This document shows positions 55,000 through 56,719 of a stretch of 56,719 nucleotides of DNA, piece by piece. The notes under the pieces are model-generated. The model had not been told where the DNA came from. It was given only the letters and a program-made list of their open reading frames with translations, and made no database searches. Location: the IMG/VR virus record IMGVR_UViG_3300028025_001269, positions 1 through 56,719 of that record; one strand, 5' to 3'. The translations under genes were made by a program, and so were the position numbers. How positions within the stretch are numbered: position 1 is the stretch's first letter; every line of letters begins with the position of its first letter. This DNA comes from a virus (Duplodnaviria > Caudoviricetes).

Positions 55000-55470
55000 T
55001 TATTTACCGTAAAACTTATTGAGTGGGTGACTACGTGAGGCAGTAGCAGGTGCCTTTGCTTTAGCTGGGGCTTTCTTCTTAGTTACCATACCGCCTTTAT
55101 TAAACTTAGGGGACTCTTCAGCAGCTTTCTCTTGCTTCTTAGTAGGAGTATTTGCGCTTACTTGTTTTTTCCACTGTCTATGATCTTCAGGAGTGATTGG
55201 CGGTTCTTTAACTGCATAGGGTCCACTTTCACGACCTGATTTAACATCTCTATTCATCTGTCTACGATCTAACTCGTCTGCTGCAGCCATAGCCCTTTTG
55301 CTTCTGCCTTTTGAAATATCACTAAGTTCTGCTTTAGATAACTTAGTCATTTCAATGGCATCCATCTCTTCTTTTACGTCAGCCTTAGTAAAGCCTTCAG
55401 GTATATCCTTCATCTGCTTTTTCATCCATGCTGCCATTTTGGTACTCACGCCCATCTTATTACTCCTCAA
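55000..55470 (-). CDS. Lys-rich protein
   Basis: FNKGG motif; the start may be ATG 55455. Confidence 0.7.
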   Translation of the reverse strand: MRSNKMGVSTKMAAWMKKQMKDIPEGFTKADVKEEMDAIEMTKLSKAELSDISKGRSKRAMAAADELDRRQMNRDVKSGRESGPYAVKEPPITPEDHRQWKKQVSANTPTKKQEKAAEESPKFNKGGMVTKKKAPAKAKAPATASRSHPLNKFYGK

Positions 55471-55487
55471 TTACGTTAGTTTGTGTA

Positions 55488-55757
55488 TTACCACTTGACC
55501 TTGTCAGCCCAATACGCAGCTGATAACTTACCCTTTGAAATATTCTTAGCGTGTCTTGCCTTGAATGACTTCTGCCTTGCTTTCTCTGCTGGAGTCTTAG
55601 GGGCTGAACCAGCACCAGATACACCTTGCTGACCAAAGCGTATTAGCTTCTCTGTACTACCTTCTTTTGCTAACACAGCATGTGACTTAGTTGGATGACC
55701 GGGAGTCTTCTTTGGCTTATTGTAGCCACTGAACTCTTCTTTACCCTTCTTAATCAT
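55488..55757 (-). CDS. Small basic protein (FG..G...SFKARH...YWA.K..W type)
   Basis: Recognisable widespread viral motif of unknown function. Confidence 0.75.
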   Translation of the reverse strand: MIKKGKEEFSGYNKPKKTPGHPTKSHAVLAKEGSTEKLIRFGQQGVSGAGSAPKTPAEKARQKSFKARHAKNISKGKLSAAYWADKVKW

Positions 55758-56073
55758 TTGCTAAGACTTTCTGTTTGTAAGGTACAAGTACTCTGGATTC
55801 ATTCCAGCCTTCTGCTCTCATAGCAGCTTCTACATCCTTGAGTTTGAACTTCATCCCTAAGTGATGCTCCATCGCTGCCTTCACAAAGAATACATCACTG
55901 TGGGGTACATGTATAGAATCTAGTCTGTTATTCCTAACTGCGGAATAGAAATCTTCCAGTACGTAGTCATCACGTAACTGGATCTTCTTTTTAATCCGTT
56001 TCGGTACAGCAAGAGGCTTAGTCCTCGAGCTATGCTCTGCGGATAGTTTTACTTGTTTTTCAGACATTGTCAA
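55750..56073 (-). CDS. Hypothetical protein, first gene of the late arm
   Basis: 107 aa ORF; H.PHSDVFF motif. Confidence 0.65.
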   Translation of the reverse strand: MTMSEKQVKLSAEHSSRTKPLAVPKRIKKKIQLRDDYVLEDFYSAVRNNRLDSIHVPHSDVFFVKAAMEHHLGMKFKLKDVEAAMRAEGWNESRVLVPYKQKVLAND

Positions 56074-56189
56074 TCTTTATTATTGTTCTTGTTTGACTGC
56101 ACCCTCGTCTTAGAAGACTCGGACTTTCAGTAGGATACAGATTTGTATCTCATTGTATACAAAACTTAGTACAAGTGTCTATCTTACGA

Positions 56190-56430
56190 TACAGTTAAAT
56201 GTAGTTCAAAGGTTACTCACTTAACTGTAACACTCTAAGTGTCTTTTAGTTTAACTATCTTTTACATTTAACTGTATTTACACTTAACTATGTTTTTATA
56301 GTTTAACTATATACAGTTAACTGTATCACTTTAAGTGAGTCTGTTAGACGTAGTTTTGCATTAATCTAAATACTTGTCAAGTACTATTTTTAATTGTGTA
56401 GTTAAACTGCCACACTCTTAACTACCACTC
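56190..56430. repeat. AT-rich non-coding region with repeated TTAACT(G/A) motifs
   Basis: About 9 copies of TTAACT/AGTTAA in both orientations. Confidence 0.7.
56352..56380 (-). promoter_or_regulatory. Candidate promoter of the late arm
   Basis: TTGACA-N16-CAAAACT on the minus strand. Confidence 0.55.
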
Positions 56431-56719
56431 GTTATCTGCTAACACACTAGAACCTTCTCTAAGCTGTTACAGTTATCTGGTGCACCCTAGGTATCACCTT
56501 ATGTGAGATCACGTCTTGTAGGCACCTCTAATGCCCTGCAATTCAATTGTACCACATAACCTAAGTACTTTAAGTGATATGTTTTATGTGGAGTGGTTTA
56601 CGTGTAGCATTTAAAGTGATGTTCAAAGGTGAGGTAGGGAATGTGTGAGGGGACATGTGTGTATATGTAAGTGTACACTAACCCTTTTAAATACCTGATC
56701 TGTGGGTATAGCCATATAC

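Noticed and set aside
23666-55498. Many plus-strand ORFs in the late arm and minus-strand ORFs in the early arm from the six-frame track
   Set aside because: They are antisense shadows of well-supported genes, without RBSs or recognisable motifs.
1-56719. Direct terminal repeats, CRISPR array, rRNA, phage RNA polymerase, introns or inteins
   Set aside because: The two ends show no matching sequence. There is no repeat-spacer periodicity or RNAP motif, and polA, nrdJ, helicase and terL are uninterrupted and of normal length.

Overview
This window is a near-complete or complete ~57 kb tailed dsDNA bacteriophage genome with podovirus-type gene content. It has two convergent arms. The + arm (54-22881) carries many small early genes, a tyrosine integrase, separate primase and helicase, a family A DNA polymerase with a DnaJ-type zinc-finger insertion, SSB, nucleases, a ClpP-like protease, a class II ribonucleotide reductase and a tRNA-Thr. 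The - arm (56073-22882) carries a cluster of small Lys-rich proteins, terminase, portal, scaffold, major capsid, adaptor and nozzle, a mosaic tail-fibre array, lysis genes and internal virion proteins. The DnaJ-finger PolA, the integrase and the absence of an RNA polymerase match the HMO-2011-type phage group (from recall, no search run). The most notable unexplained signals are: (1) a hydrophobic-x-x-G-G motif repeated about 15 times across 7 late proteins, a possible virion cargo-targeting or polyprotein-processing system; (2) three sequence-divergent hairpins sharing a CC/CA(A)C internal loop in the scaffold and capsid mRNA leaders; (3) at least 11 GNA-triloop mini-hairpins in the first 620 bp; (4) an early regulon with two operator classes and an AGGG-N5-CCCT box; (5) a structured RNA candidate after the tRNA. 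Family names come from motif recognition only.
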